This document shows, piece by piece, positions 40,000 through 48,737 of a DNA stretch of 64,000 nt. The first letter of the stretch is position 1. Every line of letters starts with the position of its first letter. The position numbers were made by a program, and so were the translations under genes. The notes under the pieces were generated by a model. The model searched no databases. It had not been told where the DNA came from and saw only the letters and a program-made list of their open reading frames with translations. The DNA comes from a virus (taxonomy: Duplodnaviria > Caudoviricetes): positions 1 through 64,000 of the IMG/VR virus record IMGVR_UViG_3300005662_000021. The stretch is one strand, 5' to 3'.

Positions 40000-40170
40000 A
40001 TGAGAAGCAAAACCGTAGATAGATTGCTGAAAAGCACACCGAAAGATGTAGAAATCTTTGTGGATTGGTATGCCGACCTGGTGGTTCGCATCAATCAGCT
40101 ATTGCGTGAAAACGACATCAGCAAAAAGGAACTCGCAGAGAAGATGGACAAAAAACCATCTGAAATTTAG
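40000..40170 (+). pseudogene. truncated XRE-family HTH regulator fragment
   Basis: LVVRINQLLRENDISKKELAEKMDKKPSEI then TAG then KW; higher GC than flanks. Confidence 0.6.
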
Positions 40171-40183
40171 AAATGGATTATAT

Positions 40184-40256
40184 GAGGTATGAACCCAAAT
40201 GGAGAGGGACAACATTGTGGATGTTGGTTTAGTGAGTTCGATTCTCATCATACCTA
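40184..40256 (+). tRNA. tRNA-His(GUG)
   Basis: G-1, AGGTATG/CATACCT; CAACA-TTGTGGA-TGTTG; A73 rather than C73. Confidence 0.85.
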
Positions 40257-40268
40257 CTTAAACAAATT

Positions 40269-40355
40269 GGAAAGTTAAGCTCGGCGGCCCGAGTCTACGT
40301 CTTGAAAACGATAGGTACAATTGTATTGTATGGGGCTCGACACCTCAGCTTTCCG
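40269..40355 (+). tRNA. tRNA-Ser(UGA)
   Basis: GGAAAG/CTTTCC; loop CTTGAAA; long variable arm; atypical T loop. Confidence 0.75.
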
Positions 40356-40364
40356 CAAATATTT

Positions 40365-40437
40365 AGTCCCATAGTTCAATGGATTAGAACCGAACAATAC
40401 GAATGTTCAAATACCCGTTCAAATCGGGTTGGGACTA
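40365..40437 (+). tRNA. tRNA-Arg(ACG)
   Basis: AGTCCCA/TGGGACT; GAACA-ATACGAA-TGTTC. Confidence 0.85.
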
Positions 40438-40445
40438 CAAAACTC

Positions 40446-40568
40446 AGTCTTGTGGCGGAATGGTAGACGCAGCTGTGATAACTTCGCTGGAAGGTGAATC
40501 TCCTTTAAAATATTAGCAGGGTCAATCAGTTCTCAGTTATCGTATAGGTTCAAATCCTATCAAGACTA
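40446..40568 (+). ncRNA. tRNA-Leu-like shell S1 (anticodon arm replaced)
   Basis: AGTCTTG/CAAGACT-A, GCGGAATGGTAGACGC D arm, T arm TATAGG-TTCAAAT-CCTAT; insert with GATAACT/AGTTATC stem. Confidence 0.75.
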
Positions 40569-40640
40569 CAAAAAAAAATTTTAAATCTTGGAACTAAATG
40601 GTGAGAGAAGGGGTTTATGTAAATGAATTTAGAAACAATT

Positions 40641-40727
40641 GGAGGATAAAGTAATCAGGGTCGTTACCACCGCCTGCTAAGCGAGTGGCACCAAGTATGG
40701 TGTGGGGTTCGTGTCCTCTGTCCTCCG
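40641..40727 (+). tRNA. tRNA-Ser(GCU)
   Basis: GGAGGAT/GTCCTCC; loop CTGCTAA; long variable arm. Confidence 0.85.
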
Positions 40728-40743
40728 CAAAAAAATATTAATA

Positions 40744-40811
40744 AGATTAGAGCAGTTGAGTTCATAACTCAAAGGAATGCAGACAGTGGAGATGAGCGAC
40801 CCACCTAATCA
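40744..40811 (+). ncRNA. unclassified small structured RNA
   Basis: GATTAG/CTAATC closing stem with GAGTT/AACTC and GTGG/CCAC hairpins. Confidence 0.4.
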
Positions 40812-40842
40812 TTTTAAATGAATAAAAAAATATTCCAAAGTG

Positions 40843-40874
40843 TTTGGAAATTAGAAAATGAAATCGTAATTTTG
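40843..40874 (+). promoter_or_regulatory. Bacteroidota-type sigma70 promoter
   Basis: TTTG-N20-TAATTTTG directly upstream of shell S2. Confidence 0.75.
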
Positions 40875-40886
40875 TGATACAATAAT

Positions 40887-41034
40887 AGTCCTGTGGCGGA
40901 ATTGGTAGACGCTATTAAGATAACTAAGGCAGTATATTTTCTCGGAGTAAATATGCAAAGTCATAGTGTTGTACAGATTATCCGAGTGACGAGTACATGC
41001 TTAATTTTTACAGGTTCGAATCCTGTCAGGACTA
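40887..41034 (+). ncRNA. tRNA-Leu-like shell S2
   Basis: AGTCCTG/CAGGACT-A, D and T arms; insert has two hairpins with complementary loops CTCGGA/TCCGAG. Confidence 0.75.
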
Positions 41035-41247
41035 CAAAAAATTAAAAAATAAAAGTTATGGACACACATTATTGGGTAAGATTTGAGATTAGAATTGAAA
41101 CTATCAACAATCAATTAACTTCTGATGAACAAAAAGAAATCTTTGACTATATAAAATCAAGAATTGACGGTAGAGATGACATAGATAGACCTAAAAAGTT
41201 GGATTGTTGTTTTGTCAATATGAGGAAATTTTAGATAAGTTAAATCA

Positions 41248-41377
41248 AGTCCTGTGGCGAAAGCTAAGGGTAGAGTGAAGATTGAATGTTCAGACACTCC
41301 TTAATACTAGGATTGGAGCGAAAGGTCTAACATAAACAATATGTAGCTTAATACGGGTTCGAATCCTGTCAGGACTA
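41248..41377 (+). ncRNA. tRNA-Leu-like shell S3 (degenerate D arm)
   Basis: AGTCCTGTGGCG...TACGGGTTCGAATCCTGTCAGGACTA; AAGCTA/TAGCTT insert stem. Confidence 0.7.
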
Positions 41378-41404
41378 TTTTTTAAACTATAAAATTAAAA
41401 TATA

Positions 41405-41617
41405 ATGAACGCAAGAAAAGAAATACTTGGAAAAATAGAAGAGTTTGAAAAACGTGTGAAGTATTGGAAAGATAGACAAATAAATTTTAAATGGACAGAA
41501 GAAACTATAAAAGAGGGTGACCCATTATTTGTAATGTGTCAAGATTTTGAACATTCTTTTAAAGAAAAAATATTACTCTTGCAATGGGTATTAGATTTAA
41601 TTAAAGATGAAAATTAA
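41405..41617 (+). CDS. hypothetical protein
   Basis: 70 aa ORF. Confidence 0.55.
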   Translation: MNARKEILGKIEEFEKRVKYWKDRQINFKWTEETIKEGDPLFVMCQDFEHSFKEKILLLQWVLDLIKDEN

Positions 41618-41956
41618 AACAAACTAATATGATAAATAAAATTTCAGCACTTTTTGCACTTTTAATCGGTATAATGTATTTTTCTTTATTTGCATACGAT
41701 ATAGAATATGACCGAGATTTAATGACTTGGTTTTGGCTATTATTTTCCGAAATTTGGTTTATGATTAGTTTACGTTTTTGGATTTTATATGATAAAAATA
41801 ATTAAAAAATGTTAGTAATTATTGGTCTTTTATTTTTGATAATTGGAATCTTATTCTTAATTTTGTCTTACAAAACAAAGAACTCAGACTTGTTTATAGT
41901 TGGAATTATATTTCTAATTGTTCTTTTGTTTGGATTTATATATGGTTTAATAATAT

Positions 41957-42031
41957 AGAGTAGTAGCGCAATTGGTAGCGCACTCGGTTTGGGACCGAGA
42001 GATTTTGCAGGTTCGAGTCCTGTCTACTCTA
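41957..42031 (+). tRNA. tRNA-Pro(UGG)
   Basis: AGAGTAG/CTACTCT; CTCGG-TTTGGGA-CCGAG. Confidence 0.9.
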
Positions 42032-42039
42032 CAAGATTT

Positions 42040-42116
42040 AGGAAAGTATCCCCTCAGCCTTATACGCCGTAGAAAGGGTAACTGGTAACATATGGGTTCG
42101 AACCCCATCTTTCCTA
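42040..42116 (+). tRNA. non-canonical D-arm-less tRNA-like RNA, anticodon UAU (Ile)
   Basis: AGGAAAG/CTTTCCT-A acceptor; loop CTTATAC; T arm ATGGG-TTCGAAC-CCCAT; only 8 nt before anticodon stem. Confidence 0.65.
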
Positions 42117-42129
42117 CAAAATTATAATA

Positions 42130-42206
42130 CGGCAAGTATACCCTCCGTCTGATACACGGTAGAAAGGTTAATTGGTTACATATAGGTTCGATTCCTATCT
42201 TGCCGA
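42130..42206 (+). tRNA. non-canonical D-arm-less tRNA-like RNA, anticodon GAU (Ile)
   Basis: CGGCAAG/CTTGCCG-A; CCGT-CTGATAC-ACGG; T arm ATAGG-TTCGATT-CCTAT; paralog of 42040. Confidence 0.7.
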
Positions 42207-42215
42207 CAACAATAA

Positions 42216-42289
42216 GTCTCAGTAACTCAGTGGTTTAGAGTTCTCGACTGTTAATCGAGTGGTCGTAGGTTCGAATCCTACCTGGGACG
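42216..42289 (+). tRNA. tRNA-Asn(GUU)
   Basis: GTCTCAG/CTGGGAC; loop CTGTTAA. Confidence 0.92.
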
Positions 42290-42305
42290 CAAATTTTAAT
42301 AAATT

Positions 42306-42533
42306 ATGGTTAATGTAAAAATTGGTGAATTTAAGGTTGGTGATAAGTTGTTTATTGATTATAGTGAAGATAATCCAAACAATAAACACATCGAAATTAG
42401 AGCAATTGTGGATATGGAGGTGGTGATTTATTTGGATGACAAAAATAACTACCATATGGAACCAATTCATTACTTCAATGTGTTATGTAGATGTCACTCA
42501 CTTAAAAAAATAACAAATGAAACGGACAATTAG
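42306..42533 (+). CDS. hypothetical protein
   Basis: 75 aa ORF. Confidence 0.55.
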   Translation: MVNVKIGEFKVGDKLFIDYSEDNPNNKHIEIRAIVDMEVVIYLDDKNNYHMEPIHYFNVLCRCHSLKKITNETDN

Positions 42534-42672
42534 AAAACCAAGTTCTGCAAAGTTTTATGAAATGCTTAGAAATAAGTACAACAACTACATTAAGAAACAA
42601 GAAAATGAAATGGAAGATTCTACAAATTAGATTCCAACCTAAAAAATTTAATTAACAATATATAATTTTCAT

Positions 42673-43182
42673 ATGAAAAAAGAGTTTTTATTTAATGATA
42701 ACATTATTGATTTTGAATTTGACGAAGTAATAGATAAAAAAATAAATGTTAAGGTATTTCACTATTTCAATAATAATCTTTTATTTGAAAAAATTGATGA
42801 TAGAATAATTTGTCTTAAAGGTATTGGTAAATTATTCTTTCAAGAAGGATTCCCAATTTCATTATCTATTTCAAAATTAAAAGAACAAGGGGTTGAGGTT
42901 AGTATATTACACGTTGCTGATGAATGTTTAAAAAATGGGTGGTCACCAATCACAACATATAATAAATTAAAATCTGACTTTGAAGAAGATATTGACAAAG
43001 AAAATCATTATGATTTACATTTATTAAAAAAATTTTGTGAATCAAATTATGAAGACCAAAGAGAAATGATATTTGAATATCTGTTTAAATGCAAAACTGA
43101 TGATGTTAGAAATAAAAAAAATGAAAATCCAATAAATTGGTTACAATCACTTGTAACTAGTGGGGCTAAAAATAAACTTTAA
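42673..43182 (+). CDS. hypothetical protein
   Basis: 169 aa ORF. Confidence 0.65.
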   Translation: MKKEFLFNDNIIDFEFDEVIDKKINVKVFHYFNNNLLFEKIDDRIICLKGIGKLFFQEGFPISLSISKLKEQGVEVSILHVADECLKNGWSPITTYNKLKSDFEEDIDKENHYDLHLLKKFCESNYEDQREMIFEYLFKCKTDDVRNKKNENPINWLQSLVTSGAKNKL

Positions 43183-43191
43183 CAAGAAAAT

Positions 43192-43266
43192 GACCCTGTA
43201 GCTTAGCTGGTTTAAAGCACAATACTTTTAATATTGGGAGCGGGAGTTCGAATCTCCCCAGGGTCA
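43192..43266 (+). tRNA. tRNA-Lys(UUU)
   Basis: GACCCTG/CAGGGTC; CAATA-CTTTTAA-TATTG. Confidence 0.92.
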
Positions 43267-43275
43267 CAACACAAT

Positions 43276-43360
43276 GTCCTTATGGTGTAATGGTTAAACA
43301 TCCCACTCTTACAAAGTGGAGACGAGAAGTATAATCCTAGTTCGAATCTAGGTAAGGACA
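43276..43360 (+). tRNA. tRNA-Val(UAC) with enlarged variable region
   Basis: GTCCTTA/TAAGGAC; CCACT-CTTACAA-AGTGG; ~16-nt variable region. Confidence 0.85.
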
Positions 43361-43388
43361 CATTAAATGATTTTTAAAATATAAAAAA

Positions 43389-43637
43389 ATGAAAAAAATA
43401 TTATTTCTTGGTTTGATATCTGTATTATTCCTTAGTTGCAAAAGAGAAGCTAAAGAAGAAATAGAAACAGATAATACTAATTATAGTGTTGAACTTCTAT
43501 TTGAAGTTGATGGATGTAAAGTCTATCGATTTTTGGATGGTGAATTCCATTATTTCACAACTTGTAATGGTTCTGTAACTCATAAAAGTAATGAAAAAAA
43601 CTCCAAAGATTTGGAAATACAAACCGTTGTGAAATAA
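43389..43637 (+). CDS. lipoprotein (DUF4884-like)
   Basis: lipobox LFLSC; YSVELLFEVDGCKVYRF. Confidence 0.6.
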   Translation: MKKILFLGLISVLFLSCKREAKEEIETDNTNYSVELLFEVDGCKVYRFLDGEFHYFTTCNGSVTHKSNEKNSKDLEIQTVVK

Positions 43638-43643
43638 AGATTT

Positions 43644-43705
43644 GAACAATTAAGGGACCGAGCCTGCCTACAATTTCGGTGTGAGGTGCTAGTAGGTAAT
43701 TGTTC
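43644..43705 (+). ncRNA. candidate pseudoknotted small RNA
   Basis: GAACAATTA/TAATTGTTC; ACCGA/TCGGT hairpin; loop CCTAC complementary to 3' GTAGG. Confidence 0.45.
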
Positions 43706-43718
43706 TTTATGTTATAAT

Positions 43719-43852
43719 AGTACCACGAGGCATCCCATAAGAACTGCTCACTGCTGTGGTCTTGTTGCTTGTAAACGAATAGCCCAAGGTATAAGTTAGG
43801 AAGCTTAACTCAACCTATCCCCCACTGACGAGTGGGGTGAAGTTGGGGGATT
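43719..43852 (+). ncRNA. unclassified structured RNA
   Basis: ACCAC/GTGGT, AGTTA/TAACT, CCCCACT/AGTGGGG hairpins; GC-rich intergenic. Confidence 0.4.
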
Positions 43853-43868
43853 AAAAAAGAAACAATAG

Positions 43869-43954
43869 GGTCGGGTGGCCGAGTTGGTTAAGGCACTAGT
43901 CTGCAAAACTATCGAATGAAAAATTCATCGTGGGTTCAAATCCCTCCCCGACCT
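43869..43954 (+). tRNA. tRNA-Cys(GCA) with long variable arm
   Basis: GGTCGGG/CCCGACC-U73; loop CTGCAAA; GAAT/ATTC variable stem. Confidence 0.88.
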
Positions 43955-44015
43955 CAAAAAAAAAGTTCAGTTAGTTATTTTTACTCATTTTGTTGATATT
44001 TATATATATATATAT

Positions 44016-44765
44016 ATGAAATGGAATGATAACGATATTGAAAAATTAATTGATTTGGTTAATCAAGGATTAAAACCAAATAGTATTGCTGAAATTTTTG
44101 GGGTTACGTATAAAACGATAACTAATAAAATGTTTAGATTGGGTTTACAAGTAGTTTATACAACAAATAAAACTTGTAAAAATTGTGGAAATACATTTGA
44201 GTCTTATTTAAGTAAAAACAAATTATTTTGTAATTCATCTTGTTCAACAACGTTTAATAATAAAAAACGTAAACATAGTGAAGAAACTAAAAATAAAATA
44301 TCAAAAACATTAAAAAGTAAACCAACTAAACCAACTAAGCCTACTAAACCTAAAGTTGGTAAAATAAAAACTTGTAGGATTTGTAATAATAAAGTTATTG
44401 AAAAGTACAAAATTGTTTGTACTAATTGTAGGTTAGAGTATTATCAATATTATAGACCTTCTTGTACTTTTCAATTTAATGTAAAGGATTATCCACAAGA
44501 ATTTGATTTAATTTTAATTGAACAATATGGATGGTATTCTCCAACAAATAAAAAAAATAATTTGGTTGGAGTCACAAAAGACCATAAATATTCAGTGATG
44601 GAAGGTTATAGAAATAAAATAGACCCTAATATTTTATCTCATCCAGCAAATTGTGAATTACTTTTATTTTCGGATAATTCGTCTAAAAATGGTAAATCGT
44701 CTTTAACATTAACCGAATTGCTTGAAAATATTGAAATTTGGAATAAGAAATACGGAAATATTTAA
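44016..44765 (+). mobile_element. free-standing putative homing endonuclease gene
   Basis: N-terminal HTH, CxxC zinc ribbons, NUMOD3-like KHSEETKNKIS, DHKYS...HPANC; between tRNA-Cys and tRNA-Trp. Confidence 0.6.
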
Positions 44766-44793
44766 AAGTTATTATTATCTTTACAAAACATAT

Positions 44794-44868
44794 GGGAATG
44801 TAGCTCAATTGGATTAGAGTAGTGGATTCCAGACCCACAGGTTATAGGTTCGAGTCCTATCGTTCTCG
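44794..44868 (+). tRNA. tRNA-Trp(CCA)
   Basis: GGGAATG/CGTTCTC; loop TTCCAGA. Confidence 0.88.
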
Positions 44869-44899
44869 CAAATTTTATCAACAATTTAAAATACTTATT

Positions 44900-45211
44900 A
44901 TGGTAAGGGATTACATAATCGAAACATTAAAGAAAATCAAGGAACACGATGAGAAGGTGCACAAGTTGTATGATATGGGAGTTGATTTACTTGACTTTAA
45001 CAATACCACGTCCCAACTTGAGAAGTCTATTCCGACCATCCTCAGAAAAGAAAAAGACGAATCATACGGATGGATACAGGATTTAGTTGGTTGGTGGTTG
45101 TATGAAAATATTGAAAAAAAGATTTGGTATGATGAAATTGAAGTTAATGTTGAAAGTGTCGAAGATTTTACCGACTATTTATTAAAAGAGTACAGCTCTA
45201 TTAATGAATAA
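44900..45211 (+). CDS. hypothetical protein
   Basis: start reassigned to MVRDYIIE (upstream ORF part overlaps tRNA-Trp). Confidence 0.6.
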   Translation: MVRDYIIETLKKIKEHDEKVHKLYDMGVDLLDFNNTTSQLEKSIPTILRKEKDESYGWIQDLVGWWLYENIEKKIWYDEIEVNVESVEDFTDYLLKEYSSINE

Positions 45212-45222
45212 TCGTTTAAACT

Positions 45223-46560
45223 ATGAAAATTTTCTATTCAATTTTACTAATCTTTTTACCTTTTTTAATTTATTCCCAAGGTCTTATAATAAATGAAATA
45301 TCAAATGGTGATTCTGGAAACAGAGAATATTTTGAGTTAGTTGTTATTGGCTCGACTTCAAACCCTACAATAAGTGTAGACTTGGGTGGATGGATAATAG
45401 ATGATAATAATGGAGATTTTGAAGGTGTTTTAAGTGGGGTTGGTACAGCTCAAGGTCATATAAGAATTAAACCAGGATGTTTATCTAATGTAAAACCTGG
45501 GTCAATTATTTTAATTTATAATAGTGCTGATGTTAATCCCACTTTTGGGATAACTCCAGACCCATTAGATTTTGATGGTGATTGTGTTTATATTTTACCA
45601 ATAAGTGATTTGTGTTTGGATAATACATCAAATTTACCAACAACAACAAATCCATTGTATACTCCAGTTAGTTATACCGCAACAAGAATTTGGGATAGGA
45701 TTGGATTTAGAAATGATGGTGATGCCGCACAAGTTAGAAGTCCAAATGGTTTATTTTTTCACGGATTTTCATACGGGGATGTGTCAACCCCATTTCCCAC
45801 TTTTCCATTTGGTGGTTCATCTTTTAATATTATAACAGGGAGTGGATTACAAAGAAATTATTTTTTCAATAGTGGTAGTTTTGGAGCAAAAGTCAATTTC
45901 AGTAGAGGTGTTGCCCCAACAAATGAAACTCCAGGTCAACCAAATAATGATGCCAATAGATATTTTATAAATTCATTAAGAATTGGGACTTATAATTATT
46001 CAAACTTATTAGACCCAATTAATATTGGTTCATCAACAACATTGGTTGATTGTGGGACAATATTACCAATTGGTATAATTGAATTTAAGGGAACAAAAAT
46101 TAACGATAATGTCAATCTTCAATGGACGCTTGATAATGTCACAGAAGTCAATTATATTGAGTTGGAGAAGAGTTCAAATGGTTATGATTTCTATCCCATT
46201 TCTGAGATTTATCCTTATGATTTAACAATGAATTATATTGATGATTTGACTTACTCAGAAAATTATTATAGACTTAAAATTGTTGAATATAGTGGTGATA
46301 TAACTTATAGTAATATTATTAATATCTCAAATAAAATTAACGATGATGTATTAATATATCCCAATCCAACAAAAGATATATTGAATATAAAAACAATCAA
46401 AAATATTAATAGAATTTCACTATTTAATGAACTTGGGGTTGAATTTGTTATTGAGAATCCGACATCTCAAATTGATTTATCCTCATTGTCAAAAGGAATT
46501 TATATAGTTAAGATTAATATTGATGAGAATACAATTATTAAAAAAATAATATTAATTTAA
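45223..46560 (+). CDS. secreted protein with T9SS type A C-terminal sorting domain
   Basis: signal peptide; LIINE lamin-tail-like start; LPIGIIEFKG...YYRLK; IYPNPT...LSKGIYIVKI. Confidence 0.8.
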   Translation: MKIFYSILLIFLPFLIYSQGLIINEISNGDSGNREYFELVVIGSTSNPTISVDLGGWIIDDNNGDFEGVLSGVGTAQGHIRIKPGCLSNVKPGSIILIYNSADVNPTFGITPDPLDFDGDCVYILPISDLCLDNTSNLPTTTNPLYTPVSYTATRIWDRIGFRNDGDAAQVRSPNGLFFHGFSYGDVSTPFPTFPFGGSSFNIITGSGLQRNYFFNSGSFGAKVNFSRGVAPTNETPGQPNNDANRYFINSLRIGTYNYSNLLDPINIGSSTTLVDCGTILPIGIIEFKGTKINDNVNLQWTLDNVTEVNYIELEKSSNGYDFYPISEIYPYDLTMNYIDDLTYSENYYRLKIVEYSGDITYSNIINISNKINDDVLIYPNPTKDILNIKTIKNINRISLFNELGVEFVIENPTSQIDLSSLSKGIYIVKINIDENTIIKKIILI

Positions 46561-47202
46561 ATGGCTTATATTGAAGGTAATTTTTTCCCCTTAAAGGTAT
46601 ATGTTCGAAATGAATATCTATATCAAAATAAGAAGGGATTTGGTGAATTTACTGAGGGTGTTATAATATCAATTAGATGTTTACCAGGACAAGCGGCACT
46701 ATTCCAAGTATTATTTAATAATGGTGTTATGAGAGATAAACTTCCATCTCACGCATTATTAACTGAACCAAAATTACCTGATGTTGATTTACCATTCCAT
46801 TATCTTCAAATATGGAATTGTTTTTCATATAATTTCTCGGTACATCATTTAAGTTATGTCTATGATACCAGAGTTTCAGTCTTTATGAAAGATAAGAAAT
46901 GGTATGATGGAAGTTATTATGCCACAATAAATTGGGGTTCTAGTGATTTGAATAGTGATTTTACCTTGGCTGAAGACCCAATGGAACATAAGTCACACCA
47001 TATATTACTACTAGATAATGGCCAGATTGCCCTACAACCGAATAATAGGATAAGATGGTCAGAACCATCCTTTGTCACAAAATCTTTCCCTGAGAGACCT
47101 GATTATTTGGTTAATAAGGATTATTATAATTGTGAGGGTTATGATAAGTGGGCGACCGAGGATTCTGAGTATATGTTTTATGATACAAATGAAAATAAAT
47201 AA
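46561..47202 (+). CDS. conserved phage hypothetical protein
   Basis: YVRNEYLY, HKSHHILLLDNGQIALQPNNRI. Confidence 0.7.
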   Translation: MAYIEGNFFPLKVYVRNEYLYQNKKGFGEFTEGVIISIRCLPGQAALFQVLFNNGVMRDKLPSHALLTEPKLPDVDLPFHYLQIWNCFSYNFSVHHLSYVYDTRVSVFMKDKKWYDGSYYATINWGSSDLNSDFTLAEDPMEHKSHHILLLDNGQIALQPNNRIRWSEPSFVTKSFPERPDYLVNKDYYNCEGYDKWATEDSEYMFYDTNENK

Positions 47203-47211
47203 TTTTTAAAT

Positions 47212-47727
47212 ATGACACCAATGGTAATTGTAAATTTCTATAAACCCTATGATACAACTTGGGAACTACTCCAACTAATGGCATTGGATAAAATTGCCGA
47301 ACACGAAAAGGAAACAAGTGAAGTTGAATTTGGAGATGTATCCGTTCAACAACAATTTGATGATTATCGTGCAGCTTGTTTTCAAGGGTTAAAAACATTT
47401 ATAATGCAAGTTTTAAATGAATGGGGAACTGAAAACATCTTGGTGTTTAATGATAAATTCTATAAGAAATTTGAACATATGGAAATGGAGGGTAGATTAA
47501 AAACTTATACAACTCCCAATGTTTTCAAAACATCAAAAGAATTATTCAAATGTTTAAAGAAAGAAAAGTTTCAGTTAGAACCAGATGATTTTGATTTCAT
47601 TCACGAAACTTTTTCAAGTGCTGATGATGTTGTGTGTAATATATTCGCATTTGAATATGAATTAAAAGAAATTGATGATGATAAGGATTGGTTAGATGAG
47701 AACGGATTTGGTGATATTTTAGAATAA
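47212..47727 (+). CDS. hypothetical protein
   Basis: 171 aa ORF. Confidence 0.65.
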   Translation: MTPMVIVNFYKPYDTTWELLQLMALDKIAEHEKETSEVEFGDVSVQQQFDDYRAACFQGLKTFIMQVLNEWGTENILVFNDKFYKKFEHMEMEGRLKTYTTPNVFKTSKELFKCLKKEKFQLEPDDFDFIHETFSSADDVVCNIFAFEYELKEIDDDKDWLDENGFGDILE

Positions 47728-47742
47728 AAAAAAGATAATAAT

Positions 47743-47955
47743 ATGAAAACAATAGGCGTATTAGAAGCATTGAAAGATGAAACAATTAAAAAAGGAGATA
47801 AAATAATTATTGAACTTATTGTTGATGAAATAGATATTGAAAGTATGTACCCATTATCTGCATTTTGTTTTAATAAATATGATGAAATATCAAAAACTAA
47901 TTATTTTAAATTGTCATGGAGTACTAAAATAAAAATAAAAGACAATAATAGTTAA
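47743..47955 (+). CDS. hypothetical protein
   Basis: 70 aa ORF. Confidence 0.5.
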   Translation: MKTIGVLEALKDETIKKGDKIIIELIVDEIDIESMYPLSAFCFNKYDEISKTNYFKLSWSTKIKIKDNNS

Positions 47956-48028
47956 TTTTTTTTGTAACCAACTTGACCTTTTGTATTATATCGTTATATT
48001 TAATAAAAAAATAGTAAAAACTTCACAA

Positions 48029-48100
48029 ATGAAACACAATCTCTATATGGACTTAACGACTGGAGCTGAGGGTAGAAATCCTCGGATGGAGATGGTATAA
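48029..48100 (+). CDS. 23-aa leader peptide candidate
   Basis: MKHNLYMDLTTGAEGRNPRMEMV followed by a terminator. Confidence 0.4.
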   Translation: MKHNLYMDLTTGAEGRNPRMEMV

Positions 48101-48127
48101 TATAAGGTTTTAATTGTTAATAAAATC

Positions 48128-48164
48128 AAATCCATCTTCCTAAAAAAAAGATGGATTTTTTTTT
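48128..48164 (+). terminator. terminator/attenuator
   Basis: AAATCCATCTT...AAGATGGATTT plus T-run. Confidence 0.75.
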
Positions 48165-48173
48165 GTCACAGAG

Positions 48174-48204
48174 TTTGGGAATTAGAAATGGTTTTGTAAC
48201 TTTG
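48174..48204 (+). promoter_or_regulatory. Bacteroidota-type sigma70 promoter
   Basis: TTTG-N19-TAACTTTG. Confidence 0.7.
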
Positions 48205-48208
48205 TGGT

Positions 48209-48688
48209 ATGAGAAAACAAACACCATACATATCCTCTTCGGTCGCCATAAAAGGGATTAATGATTCAGGACTTGCAAAGTCTGAAACAAACGATTGTGT
48301 AGTTAGAGCTTTTGCTTCAGCTTTCAACGTGACTTATGATTTTGCTCACAAAAAGGTTGCTGAAATATTTGGAAGAAAAAACGGACAAGGAACTTATTGT
48401 TTTAGTTTGGTGATGAGGTCTTTGGAAAGTAAAGGAATTAGTGTTAATAGAAAAAAAATTAAAACAATAAGTAAAGATGTGAACCTTTCTTATTGGATTA
48501 AGGTTAAAGGTGTAAACACTTTGAGAAGTATGACAACTGCAAAGTTTTTGGAGGATTATCCCAAAGGAACTTACATAGTCACAGTCAAAGGTCACGCTTT
48601 TACAATTAAAGATGGGGTGGTGATTGGAAATCCTGATGATGCAACAAAGAGAAAAAAAACTATCTATGGAGCTTGGAAAATTGGATAA
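48209..48688 (+). CDS. conserved phage hypothetical protein
   Basis: NDCVVRAFASAF...KGHAFTIKDG. Confidence 0.7.
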   Translation: MRKQTPYISSSVAIKGINDSGLAKSETNDCVVRAFASAFNVTYDFAHKKVAEIFGRKNGQGTYCFSLVMRSLESKGISVNRKKIKTISKDVNLSYWIKVKGVNTLRSMTTAKFLEDYPKGTYIVTVKGHAFTIKDGVVIGNPDDATKRKKTIYGAWKIG

Positions 48689-48737
48689 GATTACCTACTT
48701 TTGTGATGTTCATTGAAATTGAGGGAAAAATATTAAA

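Noticed and set aside
41270-41350. Hammerhead ribozyme in shell S3 (CGAAA after a stem)
   Set aside because: The required CUGANGA core is missing
41947-42470. Minus-strand ORFs 41947-42135 and 42219-42470
   Set aside because: They are antisense to tRNA genes and lack start context
43999-44016. (TA)n microsatellite upstream of the endonuclease gene
   Set aside because: Short extension of the ATATTTATA motif in AT-rich DNA; phase variation is not supportable
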